IMG/VR virus record: IMGVR_UViG_3300037486_000510
Location: 13,287 to 77,286 of that record
Length of the DNA: 64,000 bases
From: a virus
Taxonomy: Duplodnaviria > Caudoviricetes
Reading direction: 5' to 3' (one strand)
The translations under genes were made by a program, and so were the position numbers. Of this stretch, positions 32,701-41,110 are shown piece after piece (position 1 is the first letter of the stretch; each line of letters opens with the position of its first letter). The notes beneath the pieces are model-generated. The model had not been told where the DNA came from. It saw only the letters and a list, made by a program, of their open reading frames with translations, and did not search any database.

Positions 32701-33195
32701 TCGATTTCCATATAATGTATTATTATAAACTCGTACTCCGCTTAAGCCTTTTATATTTACTGCAACTCCACCACCATTAACGATATTATAAAAAACTCCT
32801 CCTGAAGTATCTGTTATAAGATTACACGATTTACGTATAATAGCCATCGGAACTTGATCCAAATAATTATATTTTATGTAGGCATTTCTTTCATGACCTG
32901 TAAACAAACCATGCGTAATACTCCACCAACTATTGCCCGGATCTGGATCATTCCATTTAAACACGTTTCCAGATATAATTTCTCCATCAAGAGTATTGTT
33001 GTAACCTGTTGGAGGAAATGGATCAATACCTGCTTGAAGCATATATCCTGCTGTATTATCAGATTCAATTAAATTGTTTCTAAAAATAAATTCAGTTTGC
33101 TCAGATTTAGGCGGGCTTACGCCATTCCATACACTATCATCTGGAATTGTCCAGTTGTATGTCCAAGATGATGATTCGTATACGAGTAATGCCAT
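26710..33195 (-). CDS. Multi-domain depolymerase-like fibre: three right-handed beta-helices, FN3, BACON repeats
   Basis: YYVSSSGND...WKTI, YYISSDGSD...PWFTL..GDIIYMRGGTY, NSDDGIDL, GDGNGYKLG; start placed at MALLVY (33195), ORF track extends to 33240. Confidence 0.8.
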   Translation of the reverse strand: MALLVYESSSWTYNWTIPDDSVWNGVSPPKSEQTEFIFRNNLIESDNTAGYMLQAGIDPFPPTGYNNTLDGEIISGNVFKWNDPDPGNSWWSITHGLFTGHERNAYIKYNYLDQVPMAIIRKSCNLITDTSGGVFYNIVNGGGVAVNIKGLSGVRVYNNTLYGNRSVASGETWRPLIYIYTNTDTCASGTGGSPASDTKIKNNIFYTEHDQHMINIADASCAVGFESDYNVFWKEGDGSIRFNYLGSELTFEGWQALGYDVNSVVMDPSFIDVSTFVPRVRLDYGTTLSSDYSTGLSINASWGTGYPSTTAQNGVWQVGAMLYEADAPIESSTYYVSSSGNDASDGKTINTAWKTIDKVNASMGNIEAGETILFRKGDTFYGTLNITKSGTAGNPITFGAYSTGEDPKITGFTTITSGWTNEGSGVYSRDISADQQTNMVVIDGSQYGMGRYPKGTTYLTYESHDGSLSITDNQLANEPNWTGADVVIRQTYWLQGRYKIIEHDGSTIVYNDGSRPDAYDYIYDNMGYFFQNDLSTLYMSPTYGEWYHDTISQKLYVYFGSDPGSTEVKVATKGNLFQGNTYDYLTLNNLSFIGCTSTAVNFTEYNCSNITITDCSIKYAGLSGISDPGANTNITNNTIDRCNESGIRISGADCTINYNKITNIGLIAGQGYHGEYATGIRIGSTNTTVYYNRIENMGYCGISGGSGSGAAIRYNFINNHCLTVNDGGGIYRTLISSPHHWDIESNIILNGYGNTNGTSNPTAYIARGIYLDSFTTDASVRYNTCANNRGTGIMLGSAHNNTVEHNLCYNNGDDGEGQLYASGSWDYASLYGNIIRYNQFIAKSATQYTLGVSLTASDNITNYGTSNYNIYARPIDDNITIRTYKPGEGTDYKTLAEWQTYSSQDANSQNSYTIVSSTNELLFYYNETNANKIVASLIIPMVDVSGNIYPVGNLTLAPWTSIVLMPNSSVNVYYISSDGSDGTGDGTISSPWFTLNRAWQDVSAGDIIYMRGGTYEYHSSQILTGKNGTADASINIWAYPGETPVFIEASTFTFPDWPQTLVRISGNYIYLKGLEIAYCYQTPSDNLGGFTAYQCLNSTFELLNIHHCGGGGQLLSSGDCLVLNSDFHHNYDPYDTAHPLPDPLNDAYGDADGLGVQDDGVGTVNTVRGCRFWNNSDDGIDLWYSQKMVIIENCWSWNNGYREDGVTEGGDGNGYKLGPLVPNPYTGHETEHLRTIENCLAFNNRTAGLTQNAALCIMHINNVTSYNNNTYGFQMMDYGNCSNNIQNCIAYDNSLGSGTFSVNSSLNHNTFLYNNTNNPVYSVSDGDFTNLSLTGLDASRNEDGSLPTITFLHLAAYSDLIYGGVDVSGLIYDAEGKLWNSPPSLGAYEYGEEPSTGLPFVSTTSITDISTYTATGGGNVTHDGSIALTYRGICWNTATSPTIANPSTLAGTTGEGSYVSYLTELNASTHYYVRAFAYNTVGLSYGSNVEFNTLGSSTPSEPSAGANTSFILFQNTLISYGGFFLKVAPTGYTPPTPEPSTVTIEKETGAGYSVDGTWAFDEYCPIFGNPCAYDISIGIITTNPGGHFTVVSEIPNWICAYDTLIEQDLSVGDHVSDTPGRVIKIHPITENNTGYDRDGSLYITNDFGGSVTYYLLQYKEPVPPIVTLAIDPSDESGMDISTYDSATLEAGMAVAIVQGLYITVPGWNAGDLDVSWRGERTVPSTADYGVGSFNFEHNDVSFSGGLTFSDSAHNNEEFVVYLLTDPRITLYRTPTSKNFLKSGGDVSINVTTDIINTWNASESYDWLSLTNESSSGDGQFIITAEQQPDGGLRRNATVYINSLVPTRTVTISQDPSVYLTFVPSTYTFGDAGGQHDVSVVTNVLNPWEASTAATWLSFAGSPSGTGSGNLTLWADPQPTAGAAYRDTTVGGYSEASTAILNVDQEYLSFTEFVEMQAYTFLWYYNTVEEQYSTVTTSYSSTTPHWIITNAESLPDWLTWGVYDGASLEASDNYQSGFILRANPSTNAGYTARTTTFDISSGSGLSSKTITVWQGPAPQPVSATIDSSGFTCTTNSIHAYVNSPYISFSVTDFDGWNTLYGSGNACNFIIIDASSIVLISETLLELHAQDADATNYVITDANLGRNAIASDELTVILYGTPV

Positions 33196-33247
33196 AGTTA
33201 GGAGTAGGAAAATTTTTAGGTTAAGTAATAATTTGTGCATTCATATT

Positions 33248-35938
33248 TTACGTTATATTATATTTATTCGCTAAATAATTATAGATGGCAGTTTCATCTG
33301 CGAGAGAATCTGCTTTACCACGAAGTATTAATTCTTTAACGTCTATTTGCGCGCCATATCCGGAATATCCTCCGCCTATGGCGATTTCATTCATAGATAC
33401 AGAATCTATTGAAACATCTACACTACTGTTAGCATTATACGTATATTTTGAATTAGCGCCATTAAATAAAACTCTATAAATAGCCCACGAATTTTTGCCA
33501 TTAGCTAATTCTTCAGAAAAAGCAGATCCTCCGCGCATTTTTAAACTATCAGGATTACCTGCTACTTGTAAATATACATTTCCATCAAATTGCGCAGGAT
33601 ATGTGTATTCTACCATCGTAGGCATTTTCATAACCATATAAGCATATATAGTTATTCCAAGTGATATACTTTCGTTAGATAATATATCATTTCCATCAAA
33701 AGACAATCCTTCTACAGTATATATAGGTTGATAAGTTTGTGTAGATTCTGTTAAGTGATTGCCAGCGCCAGATAAATCGCTCCACTGCGAAACATAATTA
33801 CTTGCATCTTTTGTTATTGTACTTAAATTATCTGTTTTATACCAGCCAAAGGTACTACCATCAAATAAAACTGAAGGCGGAGGACTAACAATATTATACT
33901 TCGTTGCTAAATAATTATAAATTGCAGTTTCTTGCGCTGGTGTATCTCCTTTACGAAGTATTATTTCTTTATAACTAACATTAGCAGCGACTGTTGCAGA
34001 TCCAATATAAAAACTATTTAATGATCCGCCAGTAGCATTATTTATAGCAGGATCTCCGTTATTACATATAATTTTACTATTTGCACCATTTAATTGCCAT
34101 CTTAATATCTTCCATTCACCTAAAGTAAATTCATTATTATTTAATCCCCATACGCCTTGATAAGCCCAAACACTAGGAGTTGGAGTAGTCTGTTTTAATC
34201 GTGGTCCAGCTGGCGAATTAAAGATTGTATTGCCATCTGTCCATGAATTTTGACGTATAACAGCATATACAAAACAGGGTGTTGTATAAGAAAACAAATC
34301 TTGCAATTCATTGTCTACATCAAGAAAACTAATTCCGCTAGCATCAATTTTTGGCCATGTAGATGCATTAGTCGAAGCTTCAAGATTACGTCCCGAACCA
34401 AGAACATCCATCCATTTAGATACTGATGAATCTGTTAAAGTAATTGTAGACGGTTGATCATATAAATACCAACCCATTGTACTACCATCAAGTAAAATTG
34501 AAGGCGCAGAAACAGATGTAAATGGATATGTGTTTCCAATTCCATTGTTATATAATCGAGAAATTTCATTAGGTGTTAATGCTTTGTTCCAGATTCCGAC
34601 TTCATCAATTAACCCATCAAAAGTATATACGCTATCCCATCCGTCATTTCTCGCTCCTATCCATTTAGAAGCCGCTCCGCTATTTACACTAATATCTTTA
34701 CTTTCAATTTCTGAAGATCCATTAACATAATAAACTATATTATTTATAGATGTATCATGATTGTATGTCGCAACAACATGATACCAAGTTCCGCTGTTTA
34801 TTGATATATCACAAGTTCCTCCGAATGTTTCGCCTTCTACTCTCAGTTTAAGATAATCTCCCTCATATGATATTACATTCAAATGAGCGCTATAACCATC
34901 ACCCCCGATAATGCCGTGTATCGATCCGCTTGTAGGTATAACATTTGGATATATCCATGCTGAAAATGAAAAATTCTTATTATAAAATTCAAGATCAGAA
35001 TCGCTTGTAGCTATAAGATAATCATTATTAGCATGCTCAAATAATCCCGCTTTTCCTATTTTGCCAGTTGAATTAAGAATTACTCCATTATTAGTAACAA
35101 TATGATGACCTCCTATACTATCTTGAGGTAATCCAGAAGTTTCATCTAATTTCCAATATGAAACTATATTTTTAAGTAATGAATCTGCAATTGCAAATGG
35201 ATATGCATTTCCATTTCCTCCATTGTATAATTCAGCAACTTCTGTGGATGTTAATGCTCTATTCCAAATTCCGACTTCGTCTATGTAGCCACCAAATTGA
35301 ATATCATCTGCGCCCGTTCTGTTACCTATAACAAATTGATCTTCGACACAATAAATAATTTTGTGTTTCCACAGATTACTTGTATTATTTAAATTTCCAT
35401 CTACATATATCTTTGCATAATTGCCATCAAAAGTGCATACGATTAAATGCCAATTATCATCATCCATTTCATTAGTAGTCCAAGTATTGCAAGTACCATC
35501 TTCATAATTTCCTTCTCTTACAATCCATACTAATAATCCAGTATCGGTTATACATAAATCGTATCCATATACATTAAGATCTTCTACATGCGTATTAAAA
35601 TTGGTTACTACTCCTCCGTACGCAGATACATTATTGCATTTTATCCAACAAGATATAGAAATATTTTCGTATTCGTGCATATTTGAGGAATATGCCTTTT
35701 GATAATTTGTGTTATTAAATAAATAACTTGTTTCTATTTTTCCAGAATATCCTTGTGATACGTCTAGCACTGCTAACTGATTTGTTCCAAACGAATCTAG
35801 CGCAGAAGAATCCTGAACATCATCTAATTTATAATACCCCTTTAAACCATAGAACAAAGTAGATCTTCGGATTGCTATTTTTGATCCTCCTGGCATTGCT
35901 ATCATTTTGCCATCACTTCTATTTAATACGTAACTCAC
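33248..35938 (-). CDS. Two LamG domains plus two related lectin-like repeats
   Basis: LKGYYKLDD, IVSYWKLDE; 2x L[LF]DGST[MF]GWY...V[S]xWxD[VL]xGxGxxL. Confidence 0.85.
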   Translation of the reverse strand: MSYVLNRSDGKMIAMPGGSKIAIRRSTLFYGLKGYYKLDDVQDSSALDSFGTNQLAVLDVSQGYSGKIETSYLFNNTNYQKAYSSNMHEYENISISCWIKCNNVSAYGGVVTNFNTHVEDLNVYGYDLCITDTGLLVWIVREGNYEDGTCNTWTTNEMDDDNWHLIVCTFDGNYAKIYVDGNLNNTSNLWKHKIIYCVEDQFVIGNRTGADDIQFGGYIDEVGIWNRALTSTEVAELYNGGNGNAYPFAIADSLLKNIVSYWKLDETSGLPQDSIGGHHIVTNNGVILNSTGKIGKAGLFEHANNDYLIATSDSDLEFYNKNFSFSAWIYPNVIPTSGSIHGIIGGDGYSAHLNVISYEGDYLKLRVEGETFGGTCDISINSGTWYHVVATYNHDTSINNIVYYVNGSSEIESKDISVNSGAASKWIGARNDGWDSVYTFDGLIDEVGIWNKALTPNEISRLYNNGIGNTYPFTSVSAPSILLDGSTMGWYLYDQPSTITLTDSSVSKWMDVLGSGRNLEASTNASTWPKIDASGISFLDVDNELQDLFSYTTPCFVYAVIRQNSWTDGNTIFNSPAGPRLKQTTPTPSVWAYQGVWGLNNNEFTLGEWKILRWQLNGANSKIICNNGDPAINNATGGSLNSFYIGSATVAANVSYKEIILRKGDTPAQETAIYNYLATKYNIVSPPPSVLFDGSTFGWYKTDNLSTITKDASNYVSQWSDLSGAGNHLTESTQTYQPIYTVEGLSFDGNDILSNESISLGITIYAYMVMKMPTMVEYTYPAQFDGNVYLQVAGNPDSLKMRGGSAFSEELANGKNSWAIYRVLFNGANSKYTYNANSSVDVSIDSVSMNEIAIGGGYSGYGAQIDVKELILRGKADSLADETAIYNYLANKYNIT

Positions 35939-35952
35939 TTTCTATTTTTATT

Positions 35953-36708
35953 TTATGTAATAAATGGATATGATAACCCAATTCCATTATTATATAATGT
36001 AGATACTTCTGTAGGAGATAAAGCTCTATTCCAAATAGCTGCCTCATCTAAATATCCAGTATAATCGTATCCCGGAGTAGAACTAAAACTTAATTTTATA
36101 GCATTCGTGGTTGATAAATTAATACCTGTTGTTACTCCTTGTGGATCATAAGATACATTATCTACATAAAATTTTGCCGAAGAATCCCTATCAACAACAG
36201 CAATCGCTAAATGCCAATTACCATCTTGCCATCCAGTTCCTGAATGTAAAAATAATGTGTCACTTGAATCAGCATCATTTAGATAAAGTGCCAGATTTTT
36301 AGTTTCATCAAACCAAATACCCCACCCTTTCCAAGTTCCCTCATATTTTGAGAACAAATTTTGATTTGCAAGATCAGCAGATGTCTTAAACCAAATAGAA
36401 AAACTAAAATCTTGATAATGACCAAAGTTAAATTCTGTTAAATTGCCAAAAGTTATATAATCGTGTACGGCACGATCAAAATAAATGGATTTGCCTATTT
36501 TACCATTTTGATTCAAGTCAGCACCACTTACTGTTCCTTCGTAATCTGATATTTCATCAAATACATTACCACTTGTTTCATCTAATTTCCAATAAGCTGT
36601 TAATCCGCTAAGCAAAGATAATTCAGAAGGCTGTGAAAATATTATATTACCTCCAGTACTTCCTAATATTATATGTTTTCCATCGCTTCCGCGAATTACA
36701 TAGCTCAT
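35953..36708 (-). CDS. Single LamG domain protein
   Basis: LTAYWKLDETSG...LDEAAIWNRALSPTEVSTLYNNGIGLSYPF; promoter 36721-36731. Confidence 0.85.
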   Translation of the reverse strand: MSYVIRGSDGKHIILGSTGGNIIFSQPSELSLLSGLTAYWKLDETSGNVFDEISDYEGTVSGADLNQNGKIGKSIYFDRAVHDYITFGNLTEFNFGHYQDFSFSIWFKTSADLANQNLFSKYEGTWKGWGIWFDETKNLALYLNDADSSDTLFLHSGTGWQDGNWHLAIAVVDRDSSAKFYVDNVSYDPQGVTTGINLSTTNAIKLSFSSTPGYDYTGYLDEAAIWNRALSPTEVSTLYNNGIGLSYPFIT

Positions 36709-36790
36709 TACACACCATTTTATTTATATATTTCAGTTAAAAATATACAAGAGCAGATTACTATAAAATGTTATTAAATTTTAGAATTTA

Positions 36791-37120
36791 TTAATATACT
36801 GATACATCAGTTATTAATCCATTTAAAACTGTTATGTGTGTTGAACCATCCACGATAAATGTTCCTGAATAAGTAGAAGTATCCTCATTTAATTGAGTAA
36901 TATTTCTTTTTACTATAACATCATCAGCTATAAGAGTAACAAATTCTCCTGTAGCGCCCTTTACTCTACCAGTAGTGTTTACTGGCTTTATGAGAATTCC
37001 CCCTGAAGTACTAGCATCATAAAATAAATTCAAATAATTTTGAAACACTCTATTATTATAATCATAAATAGAAGGAAAGTCTGGTATCATTGAAGTTAAG
37101 AATACATTTTTCAAGTCCAT
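36791..37120 (-). CDS. Small virion protein
   Basis: 109 aa; promoter ATATATAAAATA at 37138-37149; 4 D-x-S motifs. Confidence 0.65.
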   Translation of the reverse strand: MDLKNVFLTSMIPDFPSIYDYNNRVFQNYLNLFYDASTSGGILIKPVNTTGRVKGATGEFVTLIADDVIVKRNITQLNEDTSTYSGTFIVDGSTHITVLNGLITDVSVY

Positions 37121-37258
37121 GATAAATAAGTTTTATTTATTTTATATATCTTTTAATTTTGGATTACTATCTTAATATAAATATGAAAATGGTCTTTTTT
37201 TAATAAAATATATAAGATATAATAATTATATATTTTTAACCCTTTAAACTAAAATAAT

Positions 37259-38503
37259 ATGACACCAGAAATCCTTAATGAATTCAGTTGGGAAATGTAT
37301 GACGACGGATATAATGGGAGCACTAAATTAACTCCTAATAAATCTATTAATGGTAATTCCGTACAAAATAAATGTTTTTCTAGAGAGCCATACGCTCAAA
37401 AACTTTTTGATATTTATACTCATCAAGATTCTAATTTAATTAAAAAAGATCTTAAAAAGGGAGACGTCGTGTTAATTACTGACATTTTTAACGTCAAAGA
37501 TAATTTTATAGATGTTGAATTAGCCGGAGGATTGACAGTTACGGTTGATTTACTTCGAGAGAAAAAATTCATACAAGTATTTGGATACACAGCAATAAAA
37601 GAATTTGTAGATTATTTACGAGATAAAAACAATGTAAAAGAATTTATAGCAAAGGGATTAAATGCTTATATTCTTGAAGCTGTTCCTTCAGTCAAAATTT
37701 CATTATGGCAAGGTCATCTTAAATCTGTAAGAGATGAATTTATGGAACAAATTTCGAATCCCACAACAGCATATAAAGCAAAAGTGTTTGAAGCAAATAA
37801 GGGCGGATTCTTTGTAGAAGTTCAAGGAATAGAAGCATTTATGCCAGGTTCTTTAGCCGCTCCAAATAAAATTATAGATTTTCAATCATATATTGGAAAA
37901 GAAATCATTGTAATGATAGAAGATTTCTTAAAAGAAATGAATTCATTTATAGTATCTCATAAAAAATATTTGAATCATATTCTTCCTATTAAAACACAAG
38001 AATTAAGTTTATCTAAAAAGTATACGGGGCTTGTAACGGGGTGTTCAAAATATGGAATATTTGTCGAATTTGACGAATTATTTACTGGATTGCTTCATAC
38101 ATCAAAAATGGATGAAGAAACTAAGATTAAATTTAATGCAAGAAATATTAAGTCTGGCGATGAAATAGAATTTTATATATCAGAAATAACTAAAGATAAT
38201 AGAATTATTTTAACTAAAGAAAGCCCCGAAGATAAATTGAATAAACTTCAAACATTTATATTAAATTCAAAGGATAAAATATTAGAATCTAGTGTTGCTG
38301 CTGTAATGAATTTTGGTGTAATTATAAATACAGGTGAAGTTAACGGCTTAGTAGTTATTAAAGAATTTAAGAAGAATAAAATAATGGCGAATAATTTCGT
38401 GTCAGGAGATAAAATAAATGTTGTCTTTGATGAAATACGGGATGACAAACTTTTATTTCGATTGCCCACTAAAGAAGATTATGATAAAAATAAATTACTA
38501 TAA
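37259..38503 (+). CDS. rpsA: Ribosomal protein S1 homologue (about four S1 domains)
   Basis: YKAKVFEANKGGFFVEVQGIEAFMPGS, IVSHKK, YTGLVTGCSKYGIFVEF..FTGLLHTS, VMNFGVII: S1 OB repeats. Confidence 0.85.
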   Translation: MTPEILNEFSWEMYDDGYNGSTKLTPNKSINGNSVQNKCFSREPYAQKLFDIYTHQDSNLIKKDLKKGDVVLITDIFNVKDNFIDVELAGGLTVTVDLLREKKFIQVFGYTAIKEFVDYLRDKNNVKEFIAKGLNAYILEAVPSVKISLWQGHLKSVRDEFMEQISNPTTAYKAKVFEANKGGFFVEVQGIEAFMPGSLAAPNKIIDFQSYIGKEIIVMIEDFLKEMNSFIVSHKKYLNHILPIKTQELSLSKKYTGLVTGCSKYGIFVEFDELFTGLLHTSKMDEETKIKFNARNIKSGDEIEFYISEITKDNRIILTKESPEDKLNKLQTFILNSKDKILESSVAAVMNFGVIINTGEVNGLVVIKEFKKNKIMANNFVSGDKINVVFDEIRDDKLLFRLPTKEDYDKNKLL

Positions 38504-38536
38504 TTATCTTAATATTACATAATGAAATATTATTTA

Positions 38537-38566
38537 AAGGAGTTTTTATCGTAAAGCTCCTTTTTT
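38537..38566 (+). terminator. Intrinsic terminator after S1 gene
   Basis: AAGGAG...CTCCTT stem followed by T run. Confidence 0.7.
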
Positions 38567-39342
38567 ATTGAATATATAAAATAAAAATGAAAAAGAATAT
38601 TCAATTCTTTTATGTTTATTTAATTACTAATGTTATTTTAAATAAACAGTATATTGGAAGTAGATTGTGTTACAAAAATAAAATAGAAGACGATATTTAT
38701 TGGAGTTCAAGTAAATATGTTAAAATGGATATAAAAACATATGGAATAAAAACTTTTACTAAAAAAATTATAAAAGATGATTATAAAAATGCTGTTGATA
38801 TGTTAGAGGGAGAAACTGAAAATATTTTAAAATATAATACACTGGAACCTAATGGATATAATAGAAGTTTACCCGGGGAAAATATAAAATTTTACACTGG
38901 AGGTAATCACCTTAGTAAAAAAACTAAAGAAAAAATAAGTATAAAATTAAAAGGGAAAAAGCGAAGTACGGGAATGTTTGGTAAAAAACATACAGAGGAA
39001 TCAAAAAGAAAAATGTCCGAGTCATTAAAAAAACAAATAAAAACTAAAGAACATAAAATAAAATTAAGCAAATCTTTAACTGGAATTAAAAGATCAGAGG
39101 AAACTCGAAAAAAAATGAGTAGTTCTAAACAGGGAATATCTTTATCAGAAGAACATAAAATTCATCTCAGAGAATCAATAAAAAAATCGAAAAGACGCAA
39201 TTATTGTAAACGGGGTTCATATATAAGACATAAAAAAGATTTAATATGTCCGCATTGCGGAAAACTAATTGCTCCGAATATGTATATGAGATGGCACGGT
39301 GATAATTGCAAAAATAATATTTTATTGAATATATAAAATAAA
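38566..39342 (+). repeat. Exact 20-bp direct repeats bracketing the GIY-YIG gene
   Basis: TATTGAATATATAAAATAAA at 38566-38585 and 39323-39342. Confidence 0.85.
38587..39336 (+). mobile_element. GIY-YIG homing endonuclease with NUMOD3 repeats (Seg-like)
   Basis: YVYLITN..NKQYIGS, NGYN, GKKHTEESKRKMSES, C-terminal CPHCGK..RWHGDNCK. Confidence 0.9.
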
Positions 39343-39352
39343 TGCTTAATTA

Positions 39353-39664
39353 ATGAGAGCCAAACTTATAGATGAGAAGTTTACAAAAGATTCCGATCCA
39401 ATAAAAGATCTGAAAATAGGATATAAAAATTATTATGATTATGCTGAAAAAGTGTTAAAAAAATATAATTTAAATCCGGAAGATTTTACACTATTTCTTT
39501 ATGATGTTTATCGCAATTTTCCCGTAGATGGAGTACTTGATCAAATGTTTGAAATTCTTGAGCATACTCCATTGGAATATCAAGTAGACTACATAAGTAG
39601 TAATCTATATCATTTTATGGTAGAAGAAGGCGTCGATGAAAATGAAGCTATAAAAGAAGTATAA
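39353..39664 (+). CDS. Hypothetical protein with EKF-DP leader
   Basis: MRAKLIDEKFTKDSDPIKDLKIG. Confidence 0.8.
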   Translation: MRAKLIDEKFTKDSDPIKDLKIGYKNYYDYAEKVLKKYNLNPEDFTLFLYDVYRNFPVDGVLDQMFEILEHTPLEYQVDYISSNLYHFMVEEGVDENEAIKEV

Positions 39665-39682
39665 AAATAAAAAATAAAAGAA

Positions 39683-41110
39683 ATGAAAAAGGCAAAGAGT
39701 TATTCAATTTTGGAAGTGTGTAATTGGGCAGATATAGGTATCATATGGGAATTTTATTCAACAAAAGAATCTGCGTTTATCGTATCTGATCTTTCAAAAT
39801 GCACATCTAAAAATATTATACTTACAAATGAAACTATTTATCATCCTTCATATTCAAATGCTATTTTAATAAGAGAATATGAAGCAACAAAATCTCGTTA
39901 TCAATTTCACATAGCGCCCCAAAATTATCATTCAATATTGCCTTTAATTGATAGTGTAACTACATGGATAGCAGAAAGCGCAGAAACATCTCATGATACT
40001 CAGTTAAAGATATCCTTATCTTTTAATCATCGTCATTTAGATACACTCTCAAGCATATCTAACATGAATCCCAGTAGATTGATATTAAAATTTGATGAAA
40101 ATTTCGTATATTCAAGATTTCCTGAACAACAAAAATCTCCATATGCGTTATCAATTAAAAAATTAGCTACTCCAGTATCTAATTATATAAATGAAACTGA
40201 AATAGAAAAAAATATTAATTATATTCTTACAACACCTCAATCTGAATACTATGGAATTAATTTTTCTAATTATACAAGAGGAATATTGGAGTGTAATTAT
40301 ATAGGTGGTCGAGATTATGCATCAAAAGCAAAAGAAATTAAAGAAATTTTGGAATATTTTATAATAAAATCATATCAAAGTTTAAATGAAGAAGATCATG
40401 ATGAATTTGAGAAATATGAAATAAAAAAGATGGGAGCAAGATTTAGTAAAATTCAAATGGCATATTATGATCCTGAAATATTTATAAATGAATATAAAGA
40501 TTTAAAAATATATGTAGATTTAAAAACTTCTGACCAAATTATTAAAACTTTTTGGAATACATTAAGAAAACCTTTATTTGAAATGATATTAAATGGTAAT
40601 TTGCAAAAAGGCATAATTAACTATGATGCAGATTTAGGCATATTTCAATTAAAGAAAACTAAAATTCAGGGAACTTATTTAAAAAACGTTGATTTTGTTA
40701 ATTGCGAAGTATCTGGAATATTTGAAAGTTGTACGTTTATAAGTACTGAAATAACAAATTCACGAATTTATAATTCAAAATTTATAAAAGGAAATAAGAT
40801 AATTAATTCTTATCTTGAAGGAGCCAGTGTTAATAAAGAAAATGAAATTACAAAATGTTATGTGATAAATGAAGAAGAAATAATCAATTGTCCTATAAAA
40901 GAAAGCGTTATTAAATTTGCTACTCCAGGAAAAAATATTACATTAGATGAACACAGCACAATAGTGGTTACACAAATGCCGCTATCTAAAAAAACTGATG
41001 CTATTCAAGTTGAAGAACTAAGAGATTACGCATGGATTAAAGAAATGAATAAATCAGAAGACAAGGGATATCAAAATGCTTATGATAGAAATAAATATTT
41101 AAAAAAATGA
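39683..41110 (+). CDS. Amidoligase-like (COOH-NH2 ligase fold) protein with C-terminal beta-solenoid, apparently degenerate
   Basis: DIGIIWEFY, QLKISLS, YYGINF, LECNYIGG follow amidoligase motif order; ATGA overlap with neck gene. Confidence 0.5.
   Translation: MKKAKSYSILEVCNWADIGIIWEFYSTKESAFIVSDLSKCTSKNIILTNETIYHPSYSNAILIREYEATKSRYQFHIAPQNYHSILPLIDSVTTWIAESAETSHDTQLKISLSFNHRHLDTLSSISNMNPSRLILKFDENFVYSRFPEQQKSPYALSIKKLATPVSNYINETEIEKNINYILTTPQSEYYGINFSNYTRGILECNYIGGRDYASKAKEIKEILEYFIIKSYQSLNEEDHDEFEKYEIKKMGARFSKIQMAYYDPEIFINEYKDLKIYVDLKTSDQIIKTFWNTLRKPLFEMILNGNLQKGIINYDADLGIFQLKKTKIQGTYLKNVDFVNCEVSGIFESCTFISTEITNSRIYNSKFIKGNKIINSYLEGASVNKENEITKCYVINEEEIINCPIKESVIKFATPGKNITLDEHSTIVVTQMPLSKKTDAIQVEELRDYAWIKEMNKSEDKGYQNAYDRNKYLKK

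Noticed and set aside
33196-33240. Signal peptide MHKLLLNLKIFLLLT on the beta-helix protein
   Set aside because: Likely an upstream in-frame extension; the MALLVY start matches the MA- starts of neighbouring virion genes
23127-36708. Diversity-generating retroelement target in LamG arrays
   Set aside because: No reverse transcriptase and no near-identical TR/VR pair with A-specific differences seen
37259-37285. ILNE in S1 and IINE in primase as members of the leader family
   Set aside because: They lack the KF..DP..GIG continuation; a 3-residue match is expected by chance in this composition
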